A stretch of DNA of 64,000 nucleotides. Source: Chiloscyllium plagiosum (taxonomy: Eukaryota). The notes below the pieces were generated by a model. That model worked only from the letters and a program-made list of their open reading frames with translations, searched no databases and was not told the origin of the DNA. Positions 13,902 to 25,822 of the stretch are shown piece by piece. Every line of letters begins with the position of its first letter. The stretch's first letter is position 1. The stretch lies in contig NC_057718.1 in assembly GCF_004010195.1 (NCBI RefSeq), forward strand, positions 44,045,809-44,109,808, written 5' to 3'. The translations under genes and the position numbers were made by a program.

Positions 13902-14499
13902 AGTAAAGCCACCAGTAAGTAAAATAATCTAAAATAAGAGAAAATGAATTTTAAACAAACTATATTGAAGTGTCTGATAGTTTCATTGGTGTATATTAAT
14001 ACATTCCTTAACATATTGAATGAGGTTTGATAGGAAGAAGCTATTACAATATGTTTCCTTCTGTGTGTTCATCTAAGAAAGTCGATTTAATTTGAAGAAC
14101 CAGCACAATTGATGTATTCTTCCAATTTTCATCTGGGGAAGTGATCATTTGTATGGACAGGACATGATCTGAGTAAATTAAATTGTCAACCAGAGTAAAA
14201 GCAGAAAATTAGAGTAAGTAATTTTAGGTGTAACTTTCATACTTAAAATTTCTCACTCTTCGGTGTCTATTTAGTTGATTCCACCCAGATTGCACTGATA
14301 TAACTAACAGAAACAATCAGAGATGTAGTTCCATTAAGTGGTCATTTATGTCACGTTCTTTGTGACAGCTTCTTATGTACAATTTGATCATTGCATCTCC
14401 TTATAATACAACAGGTTACCATATTCCAAATAAATTATTTGGATGAGAAGGGTTTGGGAATGTCATCAAAATTGTTATAGAATTGTGCTTTTTTTTTCC

Positions 14500-14912
14500 A
14501 ACCATGTTCCCAAACTAAACTAGTCCCACCTGTCTACACTTGGTCCACATCCCTACAAACCTTCCTATTCATGAATTTATCCAAATGTCCTTTAACTATT
14601 GTAACTGTATCTGCATCCACCACTTTCTCTGGCAATTCATCCCACACACGAACCTCGCTTTGTATAAAAAATTTGAACTCATGTCCTTTTTATATCTTTC
14701 TCCTCTCAATGTGGAAATATGCCCCCTAGTTTTGATCTTTGCCACCCTAGGGAAAAGACCATTGTTGATCATCTCATTTATGCTCCTTTTGATTTTAAAA
14801 ATCTCTATGAAACCCTTTTGTAAAACCTTCAATCTCCTATGCTCCAGTGAAAAAGGTCTTAGCCTACCAAGCCTGTCCTTATAACCCAAACCCTCCAGTG
14901 CTGGCAACATTC
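14500..14912 (-). mobile_element. CR1 LINE 3' fragment
   Basis: LEGLGYKDRLGRLRPFSLEHRRL...TRGH, the CR1 ORF2 C-terminus. Confidence 0.88.
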
Positions 14913-15512
14913 TGATTCATTCAGTTTTTTTCTCAGATTCCATCCAAGTTTGTGACAAAATAACCAATGTTGTACTGCCAAGTCCAGTTACATCTACTGC
15001 TTTGATATTTCCTATCCTACTGAGCAAATAAATCTCGCAATGGTTGTTTGACTGAAAATATCACAGCTGAAATTCATAACAAAATAGAACATATTCACTA
15101 TCAACTCATTGCTAATATTCCATCCTTGAGACGCCTGCCCTAGCATTCTGGTCAAAAACTGATCATACTCATCTCATTTGTGCTAGGGAGGTCTAAGCAT
15201 CTGTTAGATTTAGGATCTGAACCTGCAGTGTCAGGTTTGTTAAGCGAGCATTTCCATAACTCATATTTGCAGTTATATTTATTTACTTTGTGTTTTGTGT
15301 ATAATAATGTGTACTACTGCCACAATGATTTAGGTTTTCTCAGCATTTAAAATAGTGGAGTGAAATAAATATAAATGTTTTGATAAAGATATTGCTTCTT
15401 TGAGAACAATCTGGCATTAAAACTGACAGTTGCTGCACTGTAAAATAAGTTTATATTTCACTGACGTGTATGAAAGACTTTATCAATGTGAGTTGGTGTA
15501 ACTTCTTTGCAG

Positions 15513-15845
15513 GTTACTTGGCAAGCTCCTTTGATGATAAATTGTGAAATCCTTCTTTTTGAAATTTCACATGCCTGATCCACACATCAGAATTGTGAAT
15601 ACCTCATAGTATGCTGCAATACATTGGGCTGGATCTATTCCCTTTTACCAATTATTCAGTAATGATTGTTATTTGCACCAGTGGTGGAGATTTGTAGGTG
15701 GTTGCACTGAAAGTTTGCCAACTGGAGTGATTACTCACCCCACAGTTCCTCAGGGTATTAGCTCTTTGGTTGTAAACCCTGTTAATGAGTCATTCATTAG
15801 TGTTTCATGGCAGCATCTCACAGGGCCAAATGGACCTAATATAAG
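15513..15845 (+). pseudogene. USH2A: USH2A exon (about human exon 42), three frameshifts
   Basis: Acceptor cttctttgcAG (15511-12). Reads VTWQAPLMINCEILLFEI / HMPDPHIRIVNTS / SMLQYIGLDLFPFTNYSVMIVICTSGG / FVGGCTESLPTGVITHPTVPQGISSLVVNPVNESFISVSWQHLTGPNGPNIR across three frame switches. Recalled human sequence: VTWKPPLIQNGDILSYEIHMPDPH...PFTNYSV...GGCTESLPTYVTTHPTVPQ...SWQPPSKPNGPNLR. The expected donor reads AG|GCATT. Confidence 0.93.
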
Positions 15846-17882
15846 GCATTATTTTACCACCCATTCATGCGGGTTCTTGAGAATTGTCCGATTAATATTT
15901 CAAAGCAATATTTTCAGAGCCATATTTGAATGATTCTGCTTTTTCTAAAAAAAACCTCAAATGTCATCAATCATAAGAGATGACCAATAGATCAAGAGAT
16001 ACAATGGAGAAAATTTTAATCTGAATGGTCTTATAACAGGCAAACTGCACTTGCCACTTGGCTATCATCATCCTCATGAGGCTTTACTTATTTTGAAGCC
16101 TGAACCTCAAACAAGAGTGGCCTCGAGCACTGTACATGTCACTCCTGTTGCTTTTGCTGAGTGCTGTGAGTCAAATGTTTGTACTGAGCTGGGTTTTCAT
16201 CCTACAGGCAAGTTGTGACAATTGGAAGTTTCCAGCCTTAGTCTATCAGCCTCAGGAGAAAGCTCCTGCAAAGTGGGGTTGTCATTCTGTGGATATGGAG
16301 GTATATTGGGATCAGTTCCTGAATAGAATTCACTTGACAGCCATAGGGGCTATTAGGTGCAGAGGCTCTGCTCAAAATTGGTTTGAGACTTTGTCCCGTC
16401 AGACTTTGTCATCCATTACACAGTTCCTCTGACCCTTTATGATGACCAGTGTTCCTCCCATGGCTCCTCATTCTCTTGATGCCAATCACTGTAAGATGAA
16501 TCCTCACCACAGCTCACCATGTTGTATGAACATTCTGGTAGATTTGCTGTCACCATGCGTCTTTTTTGGCATGGATTGACATGGCTTGTTTGTTCCAACG
16601 TGGTAGAGAAAAATTATTTAGTATTCTGACAAGAGTTTCTGTCATAACTACATGTAGCTTATTACATGATATTTGTAATGTGCAATTTAATTTAATATGA
16701 TAGATCATCTTTACATGGAGTATGAGGTAGACCCAGATAGCAGGTCTTTTTCCTTTGAGAACCTAAGTTATTTTCCCAATAAGTCCATATGACATTATCA
16801 TTTTAAAGGAACCCTTTGGCATTAACCCTTTCAGAGGCCTATGGCACTCTTCAACATTAATTCTTTCAGACTTCTAACCCTTATACAATGTTAACAAATG
16901 ATATTTCCATATCCATCCAGCCAGTATACATTCTGTACAGAAACTTCTGGTAACAATGTCTTGTGTGCTAAAGCATTATGAAAAATCATTCATTCATAAC
17001 TTTCTGGGAAAAAGAAAACTGCTTTTACTACAGCCCTGTAAAAAATTGTCAATCCAGCAGACCCTTAAAATATTTATAGCAGACACTGCAAACACTTGAC
17101 ACCCTTATCTTGTGTAAGCAACCACTGAGCAATGCAGAAATAGATCAAAGAGAAAAATCTATCAAATAAGCAATGATTTTCCTTGTTTTCTCAATCGGCT
17201 AATGAAAGTCTGGGCTGTGAGTTAAGAATGCATAACTAGCCTTTAATTAATTTAGAGATGTTTTGCATTATCCATAAATGTTCCAAATGTGCACCAGTAA
17301 GAACTTTGGTACAAACTGAAGTGCAAATTCAGATACAATTTATTTCAACATCAGGATTACAGTGATAGAAAGATGAGAAACTCAGATTAACCTCAGTTTA
17401 ACCAGTAAAAAATATTTTACTGGTCCTTGTCTAGTTATCCAGGATTGTCAGGCTTATATTGATGGGTTCAGTCCTTCAAGCAGTCAGATAAGTGCTCTAG
17501 CAAGTTCATTAAACAAACATGACTGAGGGTTGAAATAAAGCTCTCTGGGTTTCAAACCTTTGACTGCAATGGTAGAATATAAGGCTTTTAGCTTGGGATC
17601 ATCCAGCTGTGCTTTAAGAATGTTCATTGCTTTATGGAGTTCATATTTGCATTTTTAACATTATAGTTTTATGTAATATCAATAAAAATAACCTATGTAA
17701 TATAACATATGCATAATTAAAACCTAAATATTTTGTTAATACTATTCTGATACATAAAATTAAAGTTACAATTTAAAAAGAAAACAAAAATAAAATGTGT
17801 TAAATTTATATTTTTCTAACAATTATCAGTTGTTAGGAGCATTGGGTTTAATAATCATATTGTACAACCTGTGGTTTTTCAG

Positions 17883-18005
17883 ATATGAGTTGCTAAGGCA
17901 CAAATCCGAACAACCACTTGCATCAAATCCCCCTGAAGATTTAAATCTTTAGCTGAATATTTACTCAGGGACACAATTGTACTATGAAGATAAAGGTCTT
18001 AACAG
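17883..18005 (+). pseudogene. USH2A: USH2A exon (about human exon 43), in-frame TAG
   Basis: tttttcAG|...|GTtag, 123 nt. Reads YELLRHKSEQPLASNPPEDLNL*LNIYSGTQLYYEDKGLNR versus recalled human YELLRRKIQQPLASNPPEDLNRWHNIYSGTQWLYEDKGLSR. TAG at 17950-17952 replaces Trp. Confidence 0.95.
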
Positions 18006-21000
18006 GTTAGATTAAACTACATCAGCTTCAAACAAATTATGATTTGATTAGCAAATTAGTTAATAAGTACTGGGTTTCTGCTTTTCAGCATTTGTAATGT
18101 TTTGAACAACTACTTGTTGTATAAATGTATTTGGATTAAAATTAAACTGATCGACGTTTGTTTGCTGTTCTTAGAAGCTATCCTCACCTTACAATGATTT
18201 TGTTTTCCAGCCATATTCCATTATGAAACAATTTATTTGTATATAAGCAAAGTATGTTGTATTTTGAAACTAACAAACATCAAATATATGCAACGTGTCT
18301 TTTTGTTCCACATCATCACATTAAAATATAATTTAAATGCAACACACTCATGTTTTATGGATCTGTTAACACGATATGGGATGAATACTTGCAATGCTAG
18401 GCAACAGTCATTGAATACAACTTACTTCAAATTAATTTATGTTACAAGAAGAGTGGAAAATGTAAAGTCCTTTTCCCCTTCGTTGGCTTTAAATCAAACT
18501 GATGTATAATGTTTCTTAAACAATGGTAGCACGGATAGTTAAAAAGGGAAGAACTCCTGAAAAATAGAGATCTGACAATTCCAAATAGCCCTTTAGAAAA
18601 TGAGTGCATGGAAATCCTTTTTGTTGAATTATTATTTCTGTTACTAGGACATTACTAGGAGAATGTTGCTGACTGTGGTTAACAGAAGATGAACTAGAAT
18701 TCCATCAATCAATGTGTTGTGGCCAGAAATGTGACAAATTTCTGATAATTGTTGAGATTCAGCTCTGATTTCATATAACCAAACTTCCCCTGTTGCTCCA
18801 ATTAAAGTTATTCTTAGAACTGAAGCTTATCATCCACATTGTTAATGAGGTGTGTCATTGTAAACTGCTTTTCATTATTTGGGTAAGCATTTGCAATCTA
18901 TTTTCACTTTACAAGTTGATGATTATTAAAGGATAGAACTGCAGAAGTTAATCATCTAATAAAAAGGACTTTGGTAAAAGGAATATGTTTTCATTGCAGT
19001 CATTCATATATTATAAATCCTACATCCCAATTATGAATTAGATCATGATTCTATTTTGTTTTTGTGCTATATGGAGATTCCTACAAGTTAGAATGGAAGA
19101 ATTTAACTATAAGTTTTCAAAATTTGATTGTCAGTATTTCCTTCAAATTCCAAATAGTTATACAGAATTATCATTTTCTTTAGCATCTGTTTATTTATTT
19201 CTCTTTTTTTCATGTATCTTTTCCAATATATATGCTGTAACGCAATTTAGGTTTGTCAGTCAGGCTTATAGTATAGCACACTTGTGCATATTGGGAGCTA
19301 CATATCTTAATACGCAGAGGCTTATTCTTTGTAGACAGAAAGAACATGCAATTACATTGTGCCTGTTTCAATGTAACCACAGAGGCAACAGCCATTCTTC
19401 CGTTTATTCCTCAAGACAATGTTTTAGCCAATTAGTGTCAACTTGATTTTTAAAGAAATCTTGGAAATTAACTGCCAATTATCATATAAATGGTACATTC
19501 TCCATTGGCTGTACCAATGAGAGTCACTTCACATCCAATGGCACCCTGTTCTCATACAACATAACAAAATGATTTCCCTCTTTATATTAGTATCCTTGTA
19601 AACTATCCAGATCAGCATAAGACGAAAACTATAATCAAGCTCTGTGCTACTAAACAACTACTTGTTTCAGCAAATTTTAAAAATGTTACAATTGGCATTT
19701 GTAAATTTGTTTTTTTTTGCTCTTCTTTCAATCATCTTTCTGCCCTCTTCATTTCTCTTTTTGGTGTCATTGGCTGGACCAGAATTTATTGCCCTTGCAA
19801 ATGTGGTGGAGACCTGCCTGTTGGACCACTGCATTCCATGTGCTGAGGTATACCCACTGTCACTGGGGAGGGAATTTCAGGATTTTAACCCAAATATGTT
19901 ATGCAATTGCGATTGCACTTTTCCCTGTTAAAATTATCTCCCTAATTTTGGACTTATTTTCTCTACCTTTGCCTTTTTAGCTATTTAGTCTATCAAACTT
20001 CAGTCTTAGCATTTAGAAAATACATTTGCCCTTCATAGGACTTGCACATTTGCTAGGGCAATAACATTCTTAGGTTCCTTTTGAAATAATAGTTAACCTA
20101 TTTGTTTCTTCCTCTGCAAGTTTAGGTATATTTACATGCTGATTTTGCTAATCAATCAGCTTTGACATTCTTTTTAATATTATTAATTTCTTACATACTT
20201 TTTCTTAGCTACATAAGTTTTCATTGGAAATTTTTCATTGAAAAATTAATTGGGCCAGTAAGCTGTCAGAATAACTTTCTGTCATAAAAGACAGGGGGAA
20301 AGTATTATTATCCCCACTAACTGAGGCAATATTATTCTGACTCAGAAGTGATTTATCCGCTGAGATGCCACAATCAGTAAAGCCTGTTATTACTCAATAG
20401 ACAGTGGCTTATTAATTTCTTTAAGTAAATAAGTTTATTATATATATCTGACCAGAAGAAGAGAAAAAATATCACTCTTTAAAAAGAATTCTGATATTGG
20501 GTACCCTTGCTTTTCATGAGATTTAATACATTGGGCTCTTATGCTATTTGATTTAATGATCATAATTAAAGCAAATATTTATTTATCTGTCAAACGATAA
20601 CTAAGCAAATATTAATGGGGATTGCCTATTGTTGTTTTCATAGTAGGATATTTAATTTTGATTTTTTAATTTGAACGATCACTGAAAAGCAGTTCATTAT
20701 TAAGGTACTTTATAATTATAATGTGTTTAAAACATTCACAATTATTTTACTTTCTGCATTATTTATGAACTAAAAATTGTCAGTTGTAAGTTAATTTATT
20801 TACTTTAACACTAATATTCCTCTTTTCTGAGTTTGAACTGAATTCCAGTTCTATACAGATAATAGGCATTCTCATCCAAGTGGATCACCTTCAAATTTGA
20901 ACCTATTTCAGAAGGCTAGTCGATAAGAAGACCATTCTGTCATAGACCATGTATTCCGAGTCCAAACTTTAGCTGCCCCAACTGGAATTAGCTAACTGAA

Positions 21001-21289
21001 ATTGACCAGGGTTGGTTTCCTGATGCTGCTGTTCTTCACATCCCAAGTCCTCAGTATGAAAATTTGCCTTTGGAGCACAAGTATCCATTTTGTACAGAAC
21101 AATTAATCTAAAGACTGAGTTACAAGGGAGTCAGTAGCACATCCAATGGCGCCGATGATGATATAAATTGCTAGACTGAAGCTTAAGCAGCTTAATGCCA
21201 AGCTTGACATATCGGAACATGAGCAGTTCATTGAGTCTGCTTCATCATTCATTGCCCAATATCTCTTAATGCCTTTGAATAGAAACATT

Positions 21290-21585
21290 CCCAGATTTAA
21301 CATTCACAAGTGATTGAACATCCAAACTTATGCCAACTTTTCTGGGTAGAAATGTTTCCTAATTTGAGTCCTGCATGGTCTACCTGAAATGCTTGAACAA
21401 AACCACTTATTCTAGCATCGACAACTGGTGGAAATAATTTAGCTCTATCTATCATATCGCTTTTCTTTAATAGCTTGAAACTTTCAATCAAATAAGACCA
21501 TAAAATCTTAAAATGTGGGAGCAGAATTCAGGCATTTGGCCCATTGAGTCTGCTCCACTATGTAATCATGGCTGATAAGTTTCTC
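21290..21585 (-). mobile_element. Old CR1 3' fragments
   Basis: IESFKLLK..D.IDRAKLFP (ORF 21297-21491) and an adjacent 3'UTR/tail piece (21495-21585). Confidence 0.65.
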
Positions 21586-21586
21586 A

Positions 21587-22370
21587 GTCGAGATGTACTG
21601 CTGGAAAAGCAGGTCAAGCAGCATCCAGGGAGCTGGAGAATCGACCTTTCAGGTATAAGCCCTTCATCAGGAATGAAGCTTGTGGACCGGGGGNNNNNNN
21701 NNNNNNGTCGGAGAGGAGGGTGGAGTAGATAGGTAGGAAGGAAGATGGACAGGAGGACAAGTCAAGAGGATGATGCTGAGTTGGAAGGTTGGGACTGGGA
21801 TAAGGTGGGGACAGGGAAATGAGGAAACTGGTGAAATCCATATTCATCCTGGTGTGGTCGCAGGGTCCCAAGGTGGATGATGAGATGTTCTTCCTCCAGG
21901 CGTCGGATGATTAGGGTTTGGCAATGGAGGAGGCCCAGATCTGCAGTGTCCTTGGTGGAGTGGGAGGGGGAATTACAGTGTTGGGTCACTGGTGGAGTTT
22001 GTTGGTGCGGGTGTCCCAGAGATGTTCTTTGAAATAATCCACAAGTTGGCGTCCTGTCTCACCGATGTAGAGGAGACCCCATCGGGAGTAATGGATATAG
22101 TAGATGACGTGTGTGGAAGTACAGATAAATTTCTGTCGGATGTGGCAGGATCCTTTGGGGCCTTGGACAGAGGTGAGGGGGGAGGTGTGGGTACAGATTT
22201 TGCACTTCTTGCGGTTGCAGTGGAAGGTGCCGGGAGTGGGGTATGAGCTGGTGGAGGCGCGTGGATCTGACAAGGGAGAGAATGGTCACTCTAAAATGCA
22301 GATAGGGGTGGGGAGGGAAACATATCTCTCCCCACATATGGTGGGGTCTGTTTGTAGGTGGCAGAAGTGA
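21587..22370 (-). mobile_element. Penelope-like element 3' part: GIY-YIG endonuclease plus terminal repeat; contains a small N gap
   Basis: PGTFHCNRKKCKIC...FICTSTHVIYYI..SRWGLLYIGETGRQL...KEHL followed by RRLEEEHLIIHLGTLRP. The terminus matches the fold-back inserts at 4281, 6973 and 61525. Confidence 0.93.
21638..21675 (-). ncRNA. Minimal hammerhead ribozyme motif (mutated) in the Penelope terminus
   Basis: Minus strand cattc-CTGATGA-A-GGGC-ttat-ACCT-GAAA-GGTC-gattc. Confidence 0.65.
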
Positions 22371-22389
22371 CTTTGATGGTCAGCAGGGT

Positions 22390-23338
22390 TTTGTGCAGGG
22401 AGGTCTTGTGGAAAAATGTGAGTTTTTGCAGCTTGACAGGAATAACAGATTAACTGAACATTGGTTCAATGGGAAGAGACAGCAAAAAGCAGCAACACAG
22501 AGGGATTTTGGGGTTCTTCATGGATGGATCACAAAAATCTATAATCTAAATTCAAGGGATTATAAATGGACTCTTGGCCTTTATTTCAAAGGGAATGTAG
22601 TATGAAAGCAGGGAAGTGTTTCTCAAACAAGGCACATGACACAACACAGTTGAAATATCATGATCAGTTTTGGTCCCCTTATCTAAGGAAAGGTATTATT
22701 TCCATTGAAGGCAGTCCAAAGATTAAGCACGTTGAACCTGCTGATAGAGAGATCTTCTTATGAGGTTGGGTCTGCACTCACTAAAGTTTAGGAGAGTGGA
22801 GATAAGGGTTGTATGATTCTTAGAAAATTTCACAGAGTAAATGCAAAGATGTTGTTTACTTTTGTGGGTCTCTAGGACCAGAGGATATAACCTAAGAGTA
22901 AGGGGTCAGCCAGTTAAGTCAGAGATGAGGAGGATTTTTTTTTCTCTCAGTATATAGTCAATCTGTGAAATTCTTTACCACAGAGGGTTGACCTGGCAGT
23001 AACTCTGTGGTTACTGTTCCTGTCACCTACCAGCTCACCCTGTAGCCTGGCTATAATACAATGGGCTGCAGGCCAGACTCAAGCACCCTGCCTAACTTTG
23101 AACCAATGGAAGCCCTTTACTGGCCAATTAATGCCCACTGTCCACCTGACTGCTGTTTCTCAGCATATTAAAGGCTGAGATAGATATTTAATCAGTATGA
23201 GAATCAATGGTTATGGGAATAAGCAGGAAAGTGGACTTGAGGATTGTCAGACCAGCCATGATCACATCAAAAGGTGAAGCAGACTCAGTGAGCTGTATGA
23301 CCTACTTCTGTTTCTCTGCCTTATAGCCTTATGGTTTG
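22390..23338 (+). mobile_element. Old CR1 3' portion, interrupted by a 164-bp insert
   Basis: VEKCE, QRDFGVL and QFWSPYLRK motifs, then a 3'UTR and cttatagccttatgg tail. Confidence 0.82.
23001..23164 (+). repeat. 164-bp direct duplication, copy 1 (the inserted copy)
   Basis: Ungapped match to 24191-24354 with 7 mismatches by eye. Confidence 0.95.
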
Positions 23339-24142
23339 AGTGATGTGGAGTAAAAGATTAACTATACCTTTTTGTCTAATAATTGCTACTGACCATGTGC
23401 CTAAGGAGTTATGTCATAATGATATTAACTTACTTGGAACTGGGACCCAAGACTGTAGTGCTCATGAGATATCCTCAGTTATCACCCCACATGTACGTCA
23501 GTGCATAATAAACCCTACTCATGTCTACTTGCCTGAATGCAGTCTTGATCTTACTGGAGCCTTGGACTCAGCAAATAATAGTGGCCTGAGCAAAGCATAC
23601 TATATATCAGCAAGCTACCTTGACCGTTCTCCTCCACCTCTTCCTCTCCCCACCTACCAACCTCAAAATTCTGGAATTTGTTCATATTTAGTAACTTGCA
23701 TGTAACACTGCAGCTAGAGTTTCCCAATTTCTGTTCCATACGGATCTATTTATTTGGTAGTTTACAAGCTTCCAGAAGAGGGCATATTTAAATTAAAGTA
23801 CTTTCCCCTAATTACTCTGTATCCATGAAGGATATTGCTGATGCAAAGGCCAGTTTATGTTCATATGTGCATATAATGTAAAACAGTGTAACAAATATTT
23901 TAGAGTAGCTTGTAATCCTTTTTAAATTAAATAATTAATCCAATATTTAATTTAGAACCAAAGGGGATAGAAATAATGGATAAAATATAAGATGAAAGAA
24001 CCTCCTTAATAATCTGGCAAAGCTCCATGGAGTCATAATCCTCGAACACAATCTCCAAAGAGCCATAAGTTATATAATTCTATGAATATGGTTTGACTTA
24101 GCTTGAAATAAAATGATGTTGTATTTGATAGATACAAAGCAT

Positions 24143-24618
24143 TGGACAGAATTTCTGGTCCCCTGGTATGCCAGTAGAAAGGGCCTATAAAACTCTGTGG
24201 TTACAGTTCCTGTCACCTACCAGCTCACCCCCTAGCCTGGCTATAATACAATGGGCTGCAGGTCAGACTCAAGCACCCTGCCTAACTTTGCACCAATGGA
24301 AGCCCTTTACTGGCCAATTAATGCCCACTGTCTACCTGGCTGCTGTTTCTCAGCCTGATGTTTGAGGTCAACAATGGAATGCAATTCTGGAAAGTAGGTC
24401 AGCTCGGGCCTTGAGTACGAAAGGGAGGAGTGTTTCCTTCAAGTGTTATTTGCCATTCAGATGCCTACTGGCCTCTCCCCTCCCCCCAACTGTTCCCACA
24501 TCCACGTCTTTTCTCTCCCAGGTGTGGTCTCCACATCAGACCTGTTTATCCTGATTCCTGCTCCCCATCATTCAGTGCTCAAAGCAAGAAACCCCAGCCC
24601 CTGTCAAATCCTGCCCAT
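24143..24618. mobile_element. Possible old MITE-like element
   Basis: Imperfect terminal inverted repeats tggacagaattt / aaatcctgccca around a GC-richer body. Confidence 0.4.
24191..24354 (+). repeat. 164-bp direct duplication, copy 2 (the likely source)
   Basis: Matches 23001-23164 and lies inside a longer old repeat. Confidence 0.95.
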
Positions 24619-24763
24619 TGTTTAACTTAGATGCTTACAGTTAAAATTTTATGAACAAAATACAATCTTCTTTGCTATTTTTAGTAAATGTTAATTACTC
24701 TATGAGGGCTAGTCAGCCTTGATCGTTTATCAAATGTCATTTTTTGCTCTTTTTAAATTAAAG

Positions 24764-24966
24764 CTTTGTGAGAATTGGAAGGAAATGTGGAATATTACAT
24801 CCTGTATATCAATTCAACTTCCTATCGAGACTTTGTGTTATCCAGCTGATGTGAACCATCCTTTGATCGATGATTTGCATTCAAATGCAGATATTTTTCA
24901 CTGAGGTCTTCAATGGAATCCATAGTGCTATGAGCAAGGTGGTGCAGGGGACAATGTCTGATGGGG
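24764..24966 (+). pseudogene. USH2A: USH2A exon (about human exon 45), nonsense codon plus two frameshifts
   Basis: AG at 24762-63, donor GTtagt at 24967. Reads L*ELEGNVEYYILYINSTSYRD / YPADVNHPLIDDLHSNAD / IFFTEVFNGIHSAMSKVVQGTMSDG versus recalled human VQDLQGEVEYYTLF...PDVNSHVIGHLKPN...IFISVFNGVHSINSAGLHATTCDG. TGA at 24769-24771. Confidence 0.9.
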
Positions 24967-25822
24967 GTTAGTAAAATCACTGATGTTCAAAACTGTTTAA
25001 AATCTGAGAATAAATGTGATTGATTTTTGTGGAGGTTGAAATCAGTCATCCATCCATAATAAAATTTCCTGTTATTGAAGGAAAATAGCTAAAACGCTAA
25101 AATCCTTAAGTGCTGTTGTCATCAAGTGATGGATCAATAAGGGTCCCAGTGAGACAGTTGCAGATAGCTCTAATAGAGTATATTAGCACAGTTTGTTCAG
25201 ATCTTCCCTTGTGTGCCAGTGTATATCCACACTGCTGTTCGGAAAATACAATATGCTCTGTCAATAAATGGGAGAATATAAAAACGATTAATATTTTAAG
25301 TGATTTCTTCTACAGCTTTTAGGCAGGCGAATGTGGAGAGTTGATGTTTGAACATTTCTACAAAATAAATCTTCTTCTGAGGTTTTCAACCTGCCTCCAC
25401 GTGCCTGTGGAGAGGGAAAGGCTCGGGTGAGCATCTGCATTAAAAAGCCTTGTCTTGCCAACTTGAGAATGTAAGAAGTAAAGCAGAATGATGGACTTTG
25501 TGGCTAGGAATGAACCAGATAGCTTTGTACCTATCCCATTATACAAGTTTGCAGGTAGTCATTTGCAGAAGTCTCTGCTCTGGCTGGTGGTGAGTTTGGA
25601 GGTAGGAATCTGTATTTAGACTGGTGGTGGTTGACCTAAACCTCACCACCCTCCCACATCTACCAGAATTAAGTTCTGGATGGGATAATCCATGACAATT
25701 GTCTTACCCACTGTCAATAAATGATCAAGTAATGGTCACATGCATGTCTTATTCCACTGCTGCAGGAATTACCACAGCTACAGTTGGCCCTGTCACTTTG
25801 TGGTTGCAAGGCGGCTATGCCA

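Noticed and set aside
23460..23590. TPHV...YLPECSLDLTGA as the missing USH2A exon (compare GLPERGANLTA)
   Set aside because: Only a few matching residues and no convincing splice sites or flanking motifs, so it is likely chance.
23755..23800. LPEEG / FTSF near tttggtag as an exon-44 remnant
   Set aside because: Too short, the frames are inconsistent and the acceptor phase is wrong.
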